Origin: Pseudoalteromonas translucida KMM 520
Lineage (GTDB): Bacteria; Pseudomonadota; Gammaproteobacteria; Enterobacterales; Alteromonadaceae
Reading direction: 5' to 3'
Length of the DNA: 32,000 bases
NCBI RefSeq assembly: GCF_001465295.1
Contig: NZ_CP011034.1
Location: 2,550,001-2,582,000, forward strand
Of the stretch, positions 10,063-20,411 are shown piece by piece. The notes under the pieces were generated by a model. It was not told the DNA's origin, did no database searches, and saw only the letters and a list, made by a program, of their open reading frames with translations. Position numbers and translations under genes: made by a program. Position 1 is the stretch's first letter, and every line of letters begins with the position of its first letter.

Positions 10063-10248
10063 TAACCTACTTAAATGACTAATAACAAAAATAACTTAAT
10101 ACGCAAATAATGAAAAATAACAAATCACATCTGCTGTAAGCCTAAAATCAGCTGCTAAATACAATTAAATCCGGTTAGCACAAATTAGCTAAGTGGCAAT
10201 TGATCCGCATCAATCAAACTTTCAAAACTTACTGAAAGTTCGAACGTG

Positions 10249-10276
10249 AGTATAACAAAGCGAGTGTGCTGTACAA
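10249..10276 (-). promoter_or_regulatory. Candidate sigma70 promoter for the orphan ORF (TTGTAC-N16-TATACT)
   Basis: TTGTAC is the reverse complement of 10271-10276 and TATACT is the reverse complement of 10249-10254. The promoter lies just downstream of the nqr terminator and about 180 nt upstream of the ORF ATG. Confidence 0.35.
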
Positions 10277-10374
10277 GAAAAAAATTAATATTTTTTAAAA
10301 AGAGCTTTCTTTAAACTCGAGTAACATAATATCCGTGTGCATAACTGTTTGAGTTCGTATAAAAAGCAGATACT

Positions 10375-10410
10375 AAAAAGCCCCCAATGATTAAATATTG
10401 GGGGCTTTTT
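10375..10410. terminator. Strong bidirectional Rho-independent terminator ending the nqr-apbE-nqrM operon
   Basis: A perfect 14-nt stem pairs AAAAAGCCCCCAAT with ATTGGGGGCTTTTT around an 8-nt loop. U-tracts are present on both strands. It lies 28 nt downstream of the nqrM stop. Confidence 0.85.
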
Positions 10411-10437
10411 AGTACGTATATTTTAAATAAAAACACG

Positions 10438-10650
10438 TTACATAATTTGGTTTTCTTTCCAAACTTGCTCTTTTGCCATGCGCTGTTTGCGTTTATCACA
10501 CGGATCATCGCAATCGCAGGCTTTATCAATACCTACGGCACCTAGGCCACCGCAACTGCCAGCCATAGATTTTTTTTGTACAATCATGCCCACAGCCATC
10601 GCTGCCACAATCAAAATAAGTAAAGTAAAAGTGAGAAGAAAAAGTGACAT
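10438..10650 (-). CDS. nqrM: Na+-NQR maturation protein NqrM (DUF539-type small Cys-rich membrane protein)
   Basis: The 70-aa ORF has one N-terminal TM segment followed by GSCGG...CDCDDPCDKRK. It occupies the canonical position after apbE at the end of the nqr operon. AGGGG lies 7 nt upstream of the ATG. Confidence 0.85.
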   Translation of the reverse strand: MSLFLLTFTLLILIVAAMAVGMIVQKKSMAGSCGGLGAVGIDKACDCDDPCDKRKQRMAKEQVWKENQIM

Positions 10651-10744
10651 TGCTTAGCCCCTATTGTTCAGCAATAAATTAGGCTCAAACATATTTGAGC
10701 AACTGTTATTATATACCTTAGTGATTAAAATATAAACCTAAGCG

Positions 10745-11776
10745 TTATAAATAAGGCTTAAATGCAGGGCTTGAATATGTTATTAAACCCTCATCTGACT
10801 TTCCTATTAAATACACTGGTAAATCGTGTTTTTGTGCATAAGCTTGGGCTTTTTTCATACCCATTACAGTTAATGCCGTTGCAAGCCCGTCTGCTGTCAT
10901 AGCACTTGGGTGCAATACTGTTACTGATACTAAATCGTGACGGCTGGGCATACCGGTTACTGGATCAATTAAGTGGCTGTATGTTTCACCTTCCATTTCA
11001 TAAAAAATACGGTAATCGCCCGATGTAGCAATGCCATTTGTGCCTGGCGCTAAAACTCTGTGCACTTCACGCTCACCTGGCTGTGCATCTGGTTGTTCAA
11101 TGGCTATTTTCCAGTCTTGATTATTGGGTTTAACACCGCTTATACGCAGCTCACCACCAATTTCTACCATATAGTTACTAATATTATGGCTTTCTAATAG
11201 TTGCGCTACCTTATCTATGCCATAACCTTTAGCGGTTGCTGAAAACGTCAGCTCTAAGCCATTAACGGTTTTAGCCAAACCTTGCTCGGTTAAAGTAAGT
11301 TTATCAACGCCAATATTTGCCAGCATTTGTGCTAAGGCTGCATCGCTTGGGCGATTAGTCGGTTTTTTATTTGGGCCAAAACCCCATAAATCAATGAGCG
11401 GCCCCATAGTAACGTCGAGTGTTTTAGTTGACTCGCCTAATCGAATTGACTCAGTAACAACCGCTCTAAAGTCTGCACTTATTGGCATAACCTGATTGGC
11501 TGGTAAGCGGTTAAAAGTATTTATTTCAGAGTCTGGGATGTACGTTGACATAGACTGATTTATATCTTGTAAAACAGCATCAACTTCCTCTTTAAGCACT
11601 ACTACGTCGCGTTGAGGCTGCTCATCGTAGAATTTAATATGGTAAGTAGTGCCCATTGTTTTACCTTCTAGGTAAAAGCTCTCTGGTTGTGGTTTTTCAT
11701 TACATCCACTAAGTAAAAAAATCAGCGATATTAAAAATAAGGCCATTATGCCTTGGGGAATACTTACACGATTCAT
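10745..11776 (-). CDS. apbE: FAD:protein FMN transferase ApbE (flavinylates NqrB/NqrC), lipoprotein
   Basis: The ORF is ApbE-family (GTTYHIKF near the N-terminus, TSGDY, DPVTG) with lipobox LSGC. The track ORF starts at GTG 11779; the adjacent ATG at 11776 is preferred. Confidence 0.92.
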   Translation of the reverse strand: MNRVSIPQGIMALFLISLIFLLSGCNEKPQPESFYLEGKTMGTTYHIKFYDEQPQRDVVVLKEEVDAVLQDINQSMSTYIPDSEINTFNRLPANQVMPISADFRAVVTESIRLGESTKTLDVTMGPLIDLWGFGPNKKPTNRPSDAALAQMLANIGVDKLTLTEQGLAKTVNGLELTFSATAKGYGIDKVAQLLESHNISNYMVEIGGELRISGVKPNNQDWKIAIEQPDAQPGEREVHRVLAPGTNGIATSGDYRIFYEMEGETYSHLIDPVTGMPSRHDLVSVTVLHPSAMTADGLATALTVMGMKKAQAYAQKHDLPVYLIGKSDEGLITYSSPAFKPYL

Positions 11777-11814
11777 CACAACCCTACTTCCATTAATTTA
11801 AGAATAAAACTTTA

Positions 11815-11853
11815 TGAATAAAAAAGCCTCGTAACATAATATGCTACGAGGCT
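11815..11853 (-). terminator. Intra-operon Rho-independent terminator/attenuator between nqrF and apbE
   Basis: On the minus strand, the 9-bp stem AGCCTCGTA/TACGAGGCT (11825-11833 and 11845-11853) is followed by TTTTTTATT. Confidence 0.55.
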
Positions 11854-11905
11854 GATATTTTAACCAAAACTAAGTTGTTTTGATATAGATCTTGTTGACC
11901 TTTAC

Positions 11906-11926
11906 GGGTTGAAATAGGTTCAACCC
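11906..11926 (-). other. Stem-loop immediately 3' of the nqrF stop (GGGTTGAA-N5-TTCAACCC)
   Basis: An 8-bp perfect stem lies 10 nt after the nqrF stop codon, with no U-tract. It may be an mRNA stability or processing element. Confidence 0.4.
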
Positions 11927-11935
11927 ATTTAGCTA

Positions 11936-13168
11936 TTAGCCACCGAAATCATCTAGTAAGATATTCTCGTCTTCAACACCTAAATCTTTAAGCATAGTAA
12001 TAACTGCCGCGTTCATCATTGGAGGACCACACATGTAGTACTCACAATCTTCAGGGGCTTCGTGATTTTTAAGATAGTTCTCAAATAACACGTTATGGAT
12101 AAAGCCTGTGTAGCCTTCCCAGTTATCTTCTGCTTGCGGATCTGAAAGCGCGGTATGCCAAACGAAGTTATCGTTTTCAGCAGCTAGGCCGTCAAAATCT
12201 TCAACATAGAACATTTCACGTCTAGAACGTGCACCATACCAAAAGCTCATCTTACGCTTAGAGTTCAAGCGTTTAAGTTGATCAAAGATATGAGAACGCA
12301 TTGGCGCCATACCAGCACCACCACCAACGAAGATCATTTCTGCGTCAGTATTTTTAGCGAAGAACTCACCAAATGGACCAGAAATAGTTACTTTATCGCC
12401 TTTAGTTAGTGACCAAATGTACGAAGACATTTTACCACATGGCAGGCTTAGGTTTCTTGGCGGTGGAGCAGCAATACGCACGTTAAGCATAATGATGCCT
12501 TCTTCTTCTGGGTAGTTAGCCATTGAGTAAGCACGAATTGTTTCTTCGTCTACTTTTGACTCCAGGTCGAAGAAACCAAAATGGTTCCAATCACCACGAT
12601 ATTCTTCTGGAACATCGAAATCAGCATATTTAACATGATGAGCTGGCGCTTCGATTTGGATGTAACCACCCGCACGGAACGGCACTGACTCGCCATCTGG
12701 AATTTGTAGTACAAGTTCTTTAATGAACGTTGCTTTGTTATCGTTAGAGATAACTTCACAATCCCATTTTTTAACACCGAAAATTGACTCTTCAAGCTCA
12801 ATTTCCATGTCGTTTTTAACATTTACCTGACACGCTAAACGACAGCCTTCACGGGCTTCACCTTTAGAAATGTGATCAAGTTCAGTTGGCAGAATATCGC
12901 CGCCACCTTCTTTAATGTGAACACGACACTGACCACAAGAGCCACCGCCACCACATGCAGAAGATACGAAAATACCTGATTCAGATAATGCACTTAAAAG
13001 CTTATTACCTGCTGAGGTCGTAATGGCTTTATCTTTATCGCCATTAATCCCAATGATGATATCGCCGCTTGCAACTAACTGAGATTTAGCACCAATGATC
13101 ACTAAAACTAGTAGTACAACGATAGCGATGAAAACACCAACTCCTAAGAAAATATCAGTATAACCCAT
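11936..13168 (-). CDS. nqrF: Na+-translocating NADH:quinone oxidoreductase subunit F
   Basis: The 410-aa ORF has an N-terminal TM segment, a 2Fe-2S ferredoxin motif ([12 protein letters not shown]...C) and an FAD/NADH-binding domain ([21 protein letters not shown]). Confidence 0.96.
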   Translation of the reverse strand: MGYTDIFLGVGVFIAIVVLLVLVIIGAKSQLVASGDIIIGINGDKDKAITTSAGNKLLSALSESGIFVSSACGGGGSCGQCRVHIKEGGGDILPTELDHISKGEAREGCRLACQVNVKNDMEIELEESIFGVKKWDCEVISNDNKATFIKELVLQIPDGESVPFRAGGYIQIEAPAHHVKYADFDVPEEYRGDWNHFGFFDLESKVDEETIRAYSMANYPEEEGIIMLNVRIAAPPPRNLSLPCGKMSSYIWSLTKGDKVTISGPFGEFFAKNTDAEMIFVGGGAGMAPMRSHIFDQLKRLNSKRKMSFWYGARSRREMFYVEDFDGLAAENDNFVWHTALSDPQAEDNWEGYTGFIHNVLFENYLKNHEAPEDCEYYMCGPPMMNAAVITMLKDLGVEDENILLDDFGG

Positions 13169-13186
13169 GATTTATCCTCGCTACCT

Positions 13187-13795
13187 TTACAGTGAAATAC
13201 CAGAGAATGACATAAAGCCAAGAGCCATTAAGCCAACAGTAATAAAGGTAATACCTAAACCACGTAAGCCATCTGGAACGTCTGAATATTTCATTTTCTC
13301 ACGGATACCTGCAAGTAATGTAATTGCAAGTGCCCAACCAACACCAGCGCCAATACCATAAACCACAGACTCGCCGAAGTTATAGTTACGCTCAACCATG
13401 AAAGATACCGCACCAAAAATTGCACAGTTAACTGTGATTAGTGGTAAAAATATACCTAACGCGTTGTAAAGTGCTGGGAAGAACTTATCTAATGCCATTT
13501 CCAAAATTTGCACTAGTGCTGCAATAACACCAATGAAAGTTAAGAAACGTAAAAAGCTAAGATCTGCATCTGGGTAACCAAGCCACGTAAGTGAACCCGG
13601 TGCTAACACTGCATGGTAAACTAAGTTGTTAACTGGTACCGAAATACCTAATACAACAATAACCGCTACACCTAGGCCAATTGATGTGGTTACTTTTTTA
13701 GATACTGCTAAAAAAGTACACATGCCTAAGAAGAATGATAACGCTAAGTTTTCAATAAAAACGGCTTTTACAAATAAACTAATATAATGTTCCAC
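13187..13795 (-). CDS. nqrE: Na+-NQR subunit E
   Basis: The 202-aa polytopic ORF is RnfA/NqrE-family and sits in the canonical position in the operon. Confidence 0.96.
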   Translation of the reverse strand: MEHYISLFVKAVFIENLALSFFLGMCTFLAVSKKVTTSIGLGVAVIVVLGISVPVNNLVYHAVLAPGSLTWLGYPDADLSFLRFLTFIGVIAALVQILEMALDKFFPALYNALGIFLPLITVNCAIFGAVSFMVERNYNFGESVVYGIGAGVGWALAITLLAGIREKMKYSDVPDGLRGLGITFITVGLMALGFMSFSGISL

Positions 13796-13805
13796 TGTGT
13801 GCCCC

Positions 13806-14438
13806 TTACGCTTTAGCTTCTACTTGGTCTTTCTTATAAGTACGTAGTACCCATATGAATAAACCAATGATGAAGAATGCACTCGGTGGTAATATCAATA
13901 GACCCATAGGTTGATACCAACCACCATTTTGTACTAATGGGATAATATCAACACCGAATAGTGAACCCTTACCAAATAGTTCACGAATGAAACCAACGGT
14001 AAGTAGTACTACTGAATAACCTAAACCGTTACCAATACCGTCAAGAAACGACATAAGTGGCGGTGACTTCATTGCGTATGCTTCAGCACGACCCATTACA
14101 ATACAGTTAGTAATAATTAGACCGATAAATACCGAAAGCTCTTTTGCCGTAGCGTAAGAAAATGCTTGTAGTACTTGGTCAACAACAATTACCAAAGATG
14201 CAATAATCGTCATTTGTACAATAATACGTACTGACGATGGGATCTGGTTACGAATAGTCGAGATAAAGAAGCTAGAAAACGCGGTTACCAAGGTCAAAGC
14301 AATTGACATGATTAATGCGTTTTTTAAGCTAGATGTTACCGCTAGCGCAGAACAAATACCAAGTACTTGTAGTGCAATTGGGTTGTTAGCTAAAACCGGA
14401 CCAAATAGGACCGCTTTCATTTCTTTAGTATCAGCCAT
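13806..14438 (-). CDS. nqrD: Na+-NQR subunit D
   Basis: The 210-aa polytopic ORF is RnfE/NqrD-family. Its ATG overlaps the nqrC stop as TAATG. Confidence 0.96.
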   Translation of the reverse strand: MADTKEMKAVLFGPVLANNPIALQVLGICSALAVTSSLKNALIMSIALTLVTAFSSFFISTIRNQIPSSVRIIVQMTIIASLVIVVDQVLQAFSYATAKELSVFIGLIITNCIVMGRAEAYAMKSPPLMSFLDGIGNGLGYSVVLLTVGFIRELFGKGSLFGVDIIPLVQNGGWYQPMGLLILPPSAFFIIGLFIWVLRTYKKDQVEAKA

Positions 14439-15211
14439 TATTTCAATGCTCCTTTACGTACTTCCGCAAGGAATGGACCAAAGCCATTGTCACCAGTCCA
14501 AAAGTCAACTGTATTATCAACACCGTTAGACGTTAAAGTTGCACCCGATAGACCATCAATTTGATGCTCATTGCTAGCGCCACTTTTTACAACATCGATA
14601 GGTAATTCTTTACCTTCCCATTTTGCAGTCCACTGTGGATTTTGGATTTCGCCACCTAAACCAGGTGTTTCACCATGCTTATAAAAGATAATGTTTTTGA
14701 TTGTTTCGCCATCGTTTTCAAGCGAAAGGAAACCATACATTAAGCCCCATAAACCGTAACCTTGAATAGGAACAATAATAGTGTCAACTGACCCATTATC
14801 TGCTCTAGAGATGTACACAGGTGCCTCTGTCGTTACGCGCTGAATGCCCGCAATGTCAGTAATGCCTTTTTCAGCAAGCGCAAAGCTTAGCTTAGGGTCA
14901 AATTTGCTTTTTTCAAAGTCAAATGCATTAACCTTAGCCTGAACTTCTTCGCTTGAGTCGCTTGCAAAAGACTCACCCGTTTTCATATTAACTAAGCGTA
15001 CTTCGATTTTGTTGTTGAATGTTTCAGAAACATTTTCAACTTTACCGATTCCCGCTGCAACTAAGATATTACTTTGAATATCTTTCGCTTTATTAGCTTG
15101 CTGTAAAGGACGAAGCTGTACAGCAGCAAACGATACGATAATTGCACACACTAAACATAGCGCAACAACTACTGCTAACGTTTTACCGATTGATTCGTTA
15201 TTACTAGACAT
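14438..15211 (-). CDS. nqrC: Na+-NQR subunit C (FMN-binding)
   Basis: The 257-aa ORF has a single N-terminal TM segment. It carries the flavinylation motif SGATLTS near the C-terminus. Confidence 0.94.
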   Translation of the reverse strand: MSSNNESIGKTLAVVVALCLVCAIIVSFAAVQLRPLQQANKAKDIQSNILVAAGIGKVENVSETFNNKIEVRLVNMKTGESFASDSSEEVQAKVNAFDFEKSKFDPKLSFALAEKGITDIAGIQRVTTEAPVYISRADNGSVDTIIVPIQGYGLWGLMYGFLSLENDGETIKNIIFYKHGETPGLGGEIQNPQWTAKWEGKELPIDVVKSGASNEHQIDGLSGATLTSNGVDNTVDFWTGDNGFGPFLAEVRKGALK

Positions 15212-16406
15212 TACGTGCCAACCTCCGTTTGATATTAGCTTGCACTACAAAGTGATCGAACAGTGGAGCAAATAAGTTAGCAAATAAGATTGCTAGCATC
15301 ATGCCTTCTGGGAAAGCAGGGTTCACAACACGGATCATAACAACCATAAAACCAATAAGCGCGCCATAAGCTAACTTACCTTTATCGGTAAATGCAGCAG
15401 ACACAGGGTCGGTAGCCATAAAGAACATACCAAACGCAAAACCACCTAGTACAAAGTGCCAATGCCAAGGCATAGCAAATACTGGGTTAGTCTCAGAGCC
15501 AACTGTATTTAGCAGTAATGCAGTGATTACCATACCGAAAAATACACCTAGCACTATACGCCAAGAAGCGATACGCACGTAAATAAGGAACAACCCACCT
15601 ACTAATAATGCAAGTGTTGATGTTTCGCCTACAGAACCTTGAATGAAACCGTAAAACGCATTCCACCATAACTCCATGTTTGAAAAATCAAGTGTGCCAA
15701 CAAACGCTTGACCAAGCATAGTCGCGCCAGAGAACGAATCTACGGCTGTCCATACTGTGTCACCTGAAATTTGTGCAGGGTATGCGAAGAATAAAAACGC
15801 ACGGCCAGCTAACGCAGGGTTTAAGAAGTTACGACCTGTACCACCAAATATTTCTTTAGCGATTACAACACCAAATGTAATACCAAGCGCAACTTGCCAT
15901 AAAGGAATAGTTGCTGGCAAAATAAGTGCAAATAACACTGATGTTACGAAGAAACCTTCGTTAATTTCGTGTTTACGCACTGAAGCAAATATAACTTCCC
16001 AAAAACCACCTACAGCAAAAGTAACTGCATAAATTGGTAGGAAGAAACACGCTCCGTAGAACATTTTAGCGCCCCAGCCTGCATCAGCGGTTAATTGACC
16101 GCCTAACAGTTGAAACAAATCAACTTGCCATATATTAGCTAGTTCAAAACCTTGTGCTAAAGCACCAGCGGCCTGATGACCAATATTGAACATACCAAAA
16201 AACATAGCAGGGAACGTTGCCATCCACACTAAAATCATCATGCGTTTTAGGTCGATGTTGTCACGAACGTGTGTCGCGCCTTTATTTACGTAGCCTGGTG
16301 TATAAAAAATAGTTGCTGCTGCTTCATACAGAGCATAAAACTTTTCATATTTACCACCGGCTTCAAAATTCGGCTCGATATCTTCAAGATATTTTTTTAA
16401 ACCCAT
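15204..16406 (-). CDS. nqrB: Na+-NQR subunit B
   Basis: The ORF is colinear with Vibrio NqrB ([30 protein letters not shown]; FSGAT flavinylation site; MATDPVSA; [20 protein letters not shown]). It overlaps nqrC by 8 nt. Confidence 0.96.
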   Translation of the reverse strand: MGLKKYLEDIEPNFEAGGKYEKFYALYEAAATIFYTPGYVNKGATHVRDNIDLKRMMILVWMATFPAMFFGMFNIGHQAAGALAQGFELANIWQVDLFQLLGGQLTADAGWGAKMFYGACFFLPIYAVTFAVGGFWEVIFASVRKHEINEGFFVTSVLFALILPATIPLWQVALGITFGVVIAKEIFGGTGRNFLNPALAGRAFLFFAYPAQISGDTVWTAVDSFSGATMLGQAFVGTLDFSNMELWWNAFYGFIQGSVGETSTLALLVGGLFLIYVRIASWRIVLGVFFGMVITALLLNTVGSETNPVFAMPWHWHFVLGGFAFGMFFMATDPVSAAFTDKGKLAYGALIGFMVVMIRVVNPAFPEGMMLAILFANLFAPLFDHFVVQANIKRRLARNV

Positions 16407-16410
16407 CTCT

Positions 16411-17814
<1,404 letters not shown>

Positions 17815-17940
17815 TTAACTATAACAAGTTGTGTAAAACTAACTTGCTATAAATACTAAACAAGCAACGCAGTAAAACTCCTCACATATTGCTATGATTT
17901 TAACATCATTGTGCAACACTATGCGAGTGTATTTATAAAA

Positions 17941-17949
17941 ATTATACCA
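17941..17949 (-). promoter_or_regulatory. Candidate extended -10 promoter for the nqr operon (TGgTATAAT)
   Basis: The reverse complement of 17941-17950 is cTGGTATAAT. This would give a leader of about 180 nt to the nqrA ATG. No convincing -35 is present. This is a motif match only. Confidence 0.35.
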
Positions 17950-18050
17950 GAGAAAGACTTATTTACGCTTGATGTAGCTATTTAATAAAATTCAAGCTAG
18001 ACCAAAGTTGTACGTTTACTAAGAAACATTATTTTTATAAAAAAATCAGT

Positions 18051-18078
18051 AATAAAAAAGTCGCACTAGGCGACTTTT
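18051..18078 (-). terminator. Rho-independent terminator after fabV
   Basis: On the minus strand, AAAAGTCGC-CTAGT-GCGACTTTT is followed by TTATT. It starts about 20 nt after the fabV stop. Confidence 0.6.
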
Positions 18079-18099
18079 CAAACTGTTTTGTATAATTGA

Positions 18100-19293
18100 T
18101 TAGTCAATCATATTAGCAATAGGCTGAACAGGGTCAACCTCTTGTTCATAATCAACGCCTTGTATACCAAAACCAAACAAACGTAAAAACTCATTATGAT
18201 AACCAACATAATCGGTTAGTTCATCAATGTTACTAGTATCTACTTTATCCCAAATAGCTTGAATACGTGCTTGTACGTCATCTTCTAGCTCTTTATAGTT
18301 TTGGAATAAGTGACCGCCTTCGTCAAAACGTGGCGTGTCGCCGTATAAGTTTTCGCTAAATAACGCCTGTATTTGCTCAATAGTACCTTCGTAGGTGCCA
18401 TCGGCTTTCATTACTTTAAATAAAGCAGAAATATACAAAGGCATAATAGGAATAGCCGAGCTAGCTTGTGTTACTACAGCGTTAAGTGACGATACATACG
18501 CTTCGCCATTTAAATCACTAGTAGAGGCTTTAATAGCAGCCGTTGCACGATCCAAATCTTCTTTTGCTTTACCAATCGTTGCATGCCCGTATATTGGCCA
18601 TGTTAGCTCTTTACCTATGTAGGTATAAGCAGTGGTTTTGAAGTTATCGGCTAGCACATCGGCTTGCTTTAGTGCATCAATCCACATTTCCCAATCTTCA
18701 CCGCCCATTACTTTAATAGTATTGTCGATATCATCTTGGTTTGCCGCTTCAACGGTTATTTCGTCAATTTCACGCTTTGAGGTATTCAGGTTTTTAGTCG
18801 TAACTGCATTACCAATTGGCTTAAGCGTAGATGAGAACACTTCACCGGTATTAGGATCGGTACGACGCGGAGACGCTAAGCTGTAAATAATTAAATCTAT
18901 TTTGCCTAAATCGGCTTTAATAGTATCAATTGCTTTTTGCTTAATTTCGTTTGAAAACGCATCGCCATTAATATTTTTAGACCAAAGCCCTGCTTCATCT
19001 GCGGCATTTTGAAATGCAGCTGTATTGTACCAACCTGCAGAACCTGTTTTACGCTCAGTGCCTTCTTTTTCAAAGAAAATACCTAATGTTTTAGCACCGC
19101 CACCAAACGCCGCAGTAATACGCGATGCAAGTCCATAGCCTGTAGAGGCACCAATAACTAATACATTTTTAGGCGCATTTTTTAATGCACCTTGTTGCTT
19201 TACATAATTAATTTGTTCTTGAACATGTTCGCTACAGCCCACTGGGTGGGCATTGGTGCAGATAAATCCACGAATTTTAGGCTTAATGACCAT
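18100..19293 (-). CDS. fabV: Enoyl-[acyl-carrier-protein] reductase FabV (triclosan-refractory, TER family)
   Basis: The 397-aa ORF is colinear with Vibrio cholerae FabV (M.IKPKIRGFICT..HPVGC; VLV.GAS.GYGL.SRI.AAFGGGA.T.G.FFEKEGTE.K.G.AG.YN.AAF; YSLASP.R; VTQASSAIP.MPLYI). Confidence 0.95.
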   Translation of the reverse strand: MVIKPKIRGFICTNAHPVGCSEHVQEQINYVKQQGALKNAPKNVLVIGASTGYGLASRITAAFGGGAKTLGIFFEKEGTERKTGSAGWYNTAAFQNAADEAGLWSKNINGDAFSNEIKQKAIDTIKADLGKIDLIIYSLASPRRTDPNTGEVFSSTLKPIGNAVTTKNLNTSKREIDEITVEAANQDDIDNTIKVMGGEDWEMWIDALKQADVLADNFKTTAYTYIGKELTWPIYGHATIGKAKEDLDRATAAIKASTSDLNGEAYVSSLNAVVTQASSAIPIMPLYISALFKVMKADGTYEGTIEQIQALFSENLYGDTPRFDEGGHLFQNYKELEDDVQARIQAIWDKVDTSNIDELTDYVGYHNEFLRLFGFGIQGVDYEQEVDPVQPIANMID

Positions 19294-19352
19294 TGATCAT
19301 CCTATATCTTTACAATAAAAATTAGCGCTAGTTTAAAGGCTAATACTAAAAA

Positions 19353-19369
19353 CACTGATCTGATCAGTT
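19353..19369. promoter_or_regulatory. FadR-like palindromic operator candidate upstream of fabV (cACTGATCtGATCAGTt)
   Basis: A perfect 7+1+7 palindrome occupies 19354-19368. The 17-mer matches the FadR consensus AACTGGTCNGACCAGTT at 13 of 16 specified positions. It lies 60-75 nt upstream of the fabV ATG. Confidence 0.3.
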
Positions 19370-19409
19370 AATCTTGAGTGTAAACATCAATCAAATCGCT
19401 ATTAATTGC

Positions 19410-19727
19410 TTAAGCTGACTTAGAGCCGCCCATACAATTGGGTGAATCAGGCGCTTCGCCGTCATGTTCAGCAAACTCATCTGGCGTATAAGTATGAATA
19501 GCCAGTGCATGAATATGATTGGCTAATTCATCTTTTAAAATTTCATTAATTTCGCGATGGCGTTGTAATAAGCGCTTACCTGCAAACTCTTCGCTAACCA
19601 CTATCACTTTAAAATGCGAGTCGCTGCCAGCACTGTGCATATGGCTTTCGTTAATTACATTTAAATGCTTACAGGCAATTGCATCGCTGATTTTTTGTTG
19701 AATTTGTTGCTGCATGACATAAACCAT
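19410..19727 (-). CDS. bolA: BolA-family protein (stress/morphology regulator, Grx-interacting)
   Basis: The ORF parallels E. coli BolA (ES..H....GS.SHFKV..VS..F.G.R.L.RHR.I...L..EL....HALA.HTYT..E). The start is ambiguous: ATG 19727 or ATG 19715 (MQQQIQQK...), and neither has a clear SD. Confidence 0.88.
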   Translation of the reverse strand: MVYVMQQQIQQKISDAIACKHLNVINESHMHSAGSDSHFKVIVVSEEFAGKRLLQRHREINEILKDELANHIHALAIHTYTPDEFAEHDGEAPDSPNCMGGSKSA

Positions 19728-19777
19728 TATTGTTACTTATTTATAAGCCCACTATAGCAACTAGCTAAGCCTAATGG

Positions 19778-20368
19778 CTAACGCTTTATCAAGCGAAAGG
19801 TTAAACTTATTCGCGGATGAGCCAAAGTAGTTTGCTTAGTAATAGCATGTTGATAGTCGCGCTGGCTATTGCCACTCATAATTAAACAGCTGCCGCTATG
19901 GAGCTTTAAATCAGTAATTTTATTGCTGGCTTTGTGCTTTAGTTTTAATACTCGCTCAGCCCCAAGCGATATACACACAATAGTAGGTTGATGGCCAAGC
20001 TCTGCTTCGTCGTCGCTATGCCACCCCATAGTATCGTTGCCATCGCGGTAATAATTTACTAATAGTGAATTGAATGGCTGGTTTAAATGCCGCTCTAAAC
20101 GTTTGCGCATCGCCAGTAAAACATCAGGCCAAGGCTCTACTATTAACTTACTATGAGAATAACCATACTCAATATTGTTTTCACTGATAAAACACTGCAG
20201 CCGAGGAATTGGCCCTGTTTTATTGTAAACCGTAACATTAGGCTGCTGCCAACACAGGTTTTGCTGTAAATAGTAGAACAAATCGAGGCTTTTTTGTGCA
20301 CTAAGCGCCCTACTTTGATAAGAAAAGCCATTTGGTAACAGTTGGGGGTTGGCGTTTGGCCGTTGCAT
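19778..20368 (-). CDS. AlkB-family Fe(II)/2-oxoglutarate dioxygenase, ALKBH2/3-like (alkylation damage repair)
   Basis: The 196-aa ORF has NSLLVNYYRDGNDTMGWHSDDE (HxD iron ligands), a distal H (DYQHAI) and RISLTFR (2OG-binding Arg). It resembles ALKBH3 (NSLLCNLYR...WHSDDE...NLTFR) more than E. coli AlkB. Confidence 0.85.
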   Translation of the reverse strand: MQRPNANPQLLPNGFSYQSRALSAQKSLDLFYYLQQNLCWQQPNVTVYNKTGPIPRLQCFISENNIEYGYSHSKLIVEPWPDVLLAMRKRLERHLNQPFNSLLVNYYRDGNDTMGWHSDDEAELGHQPTIVCISLGAERVLKLKHKASNKITDLKLHSGSCLIMSGNSQRDYQHAITKQTTLAHPRISLTFRLIKR

Positions 20369-20411
20369 GTTAGAATTTACCTATCATTTGATTACTGATC
20401 ACTAAACTATT

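Noticed and set aside
10208-10218. The 11-mer CATCAATCAAA is shared between the orphan-ORF leader (10208-10218) and the fabV upstream region (19385-19395). It also resembles the ATTGAT(N)GCAA motifs near the XRE gene, hinting at a common regulator.
   Set aside because: Identical 11-mers are expected many times by chance in 32 kb of AT-rich DNA on two strands. The symmetry of the sites also differs (AATTG..CAATT versus ATTGAT..ATCAAT).
10217-10250. The GTTCGAAC-containing segment looked superficially like a tRNA T-arm (GTTCGAA).
   Set aside because: There is no acceptor stem, D-arm or anticodon arm around it. It is simply the 3' side of an 8-bp hairpin in the orphan ORF leader.
10651-10744. 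A 7-bp hairpin GCTCAAA-cata-TTTGAGC lies between apbE and nqrM.
   Set aside because: It is short and has no U-tract. Such stems are common by chance in a 94-bp spacer, so there is not enough evidence to call a regulatory element.
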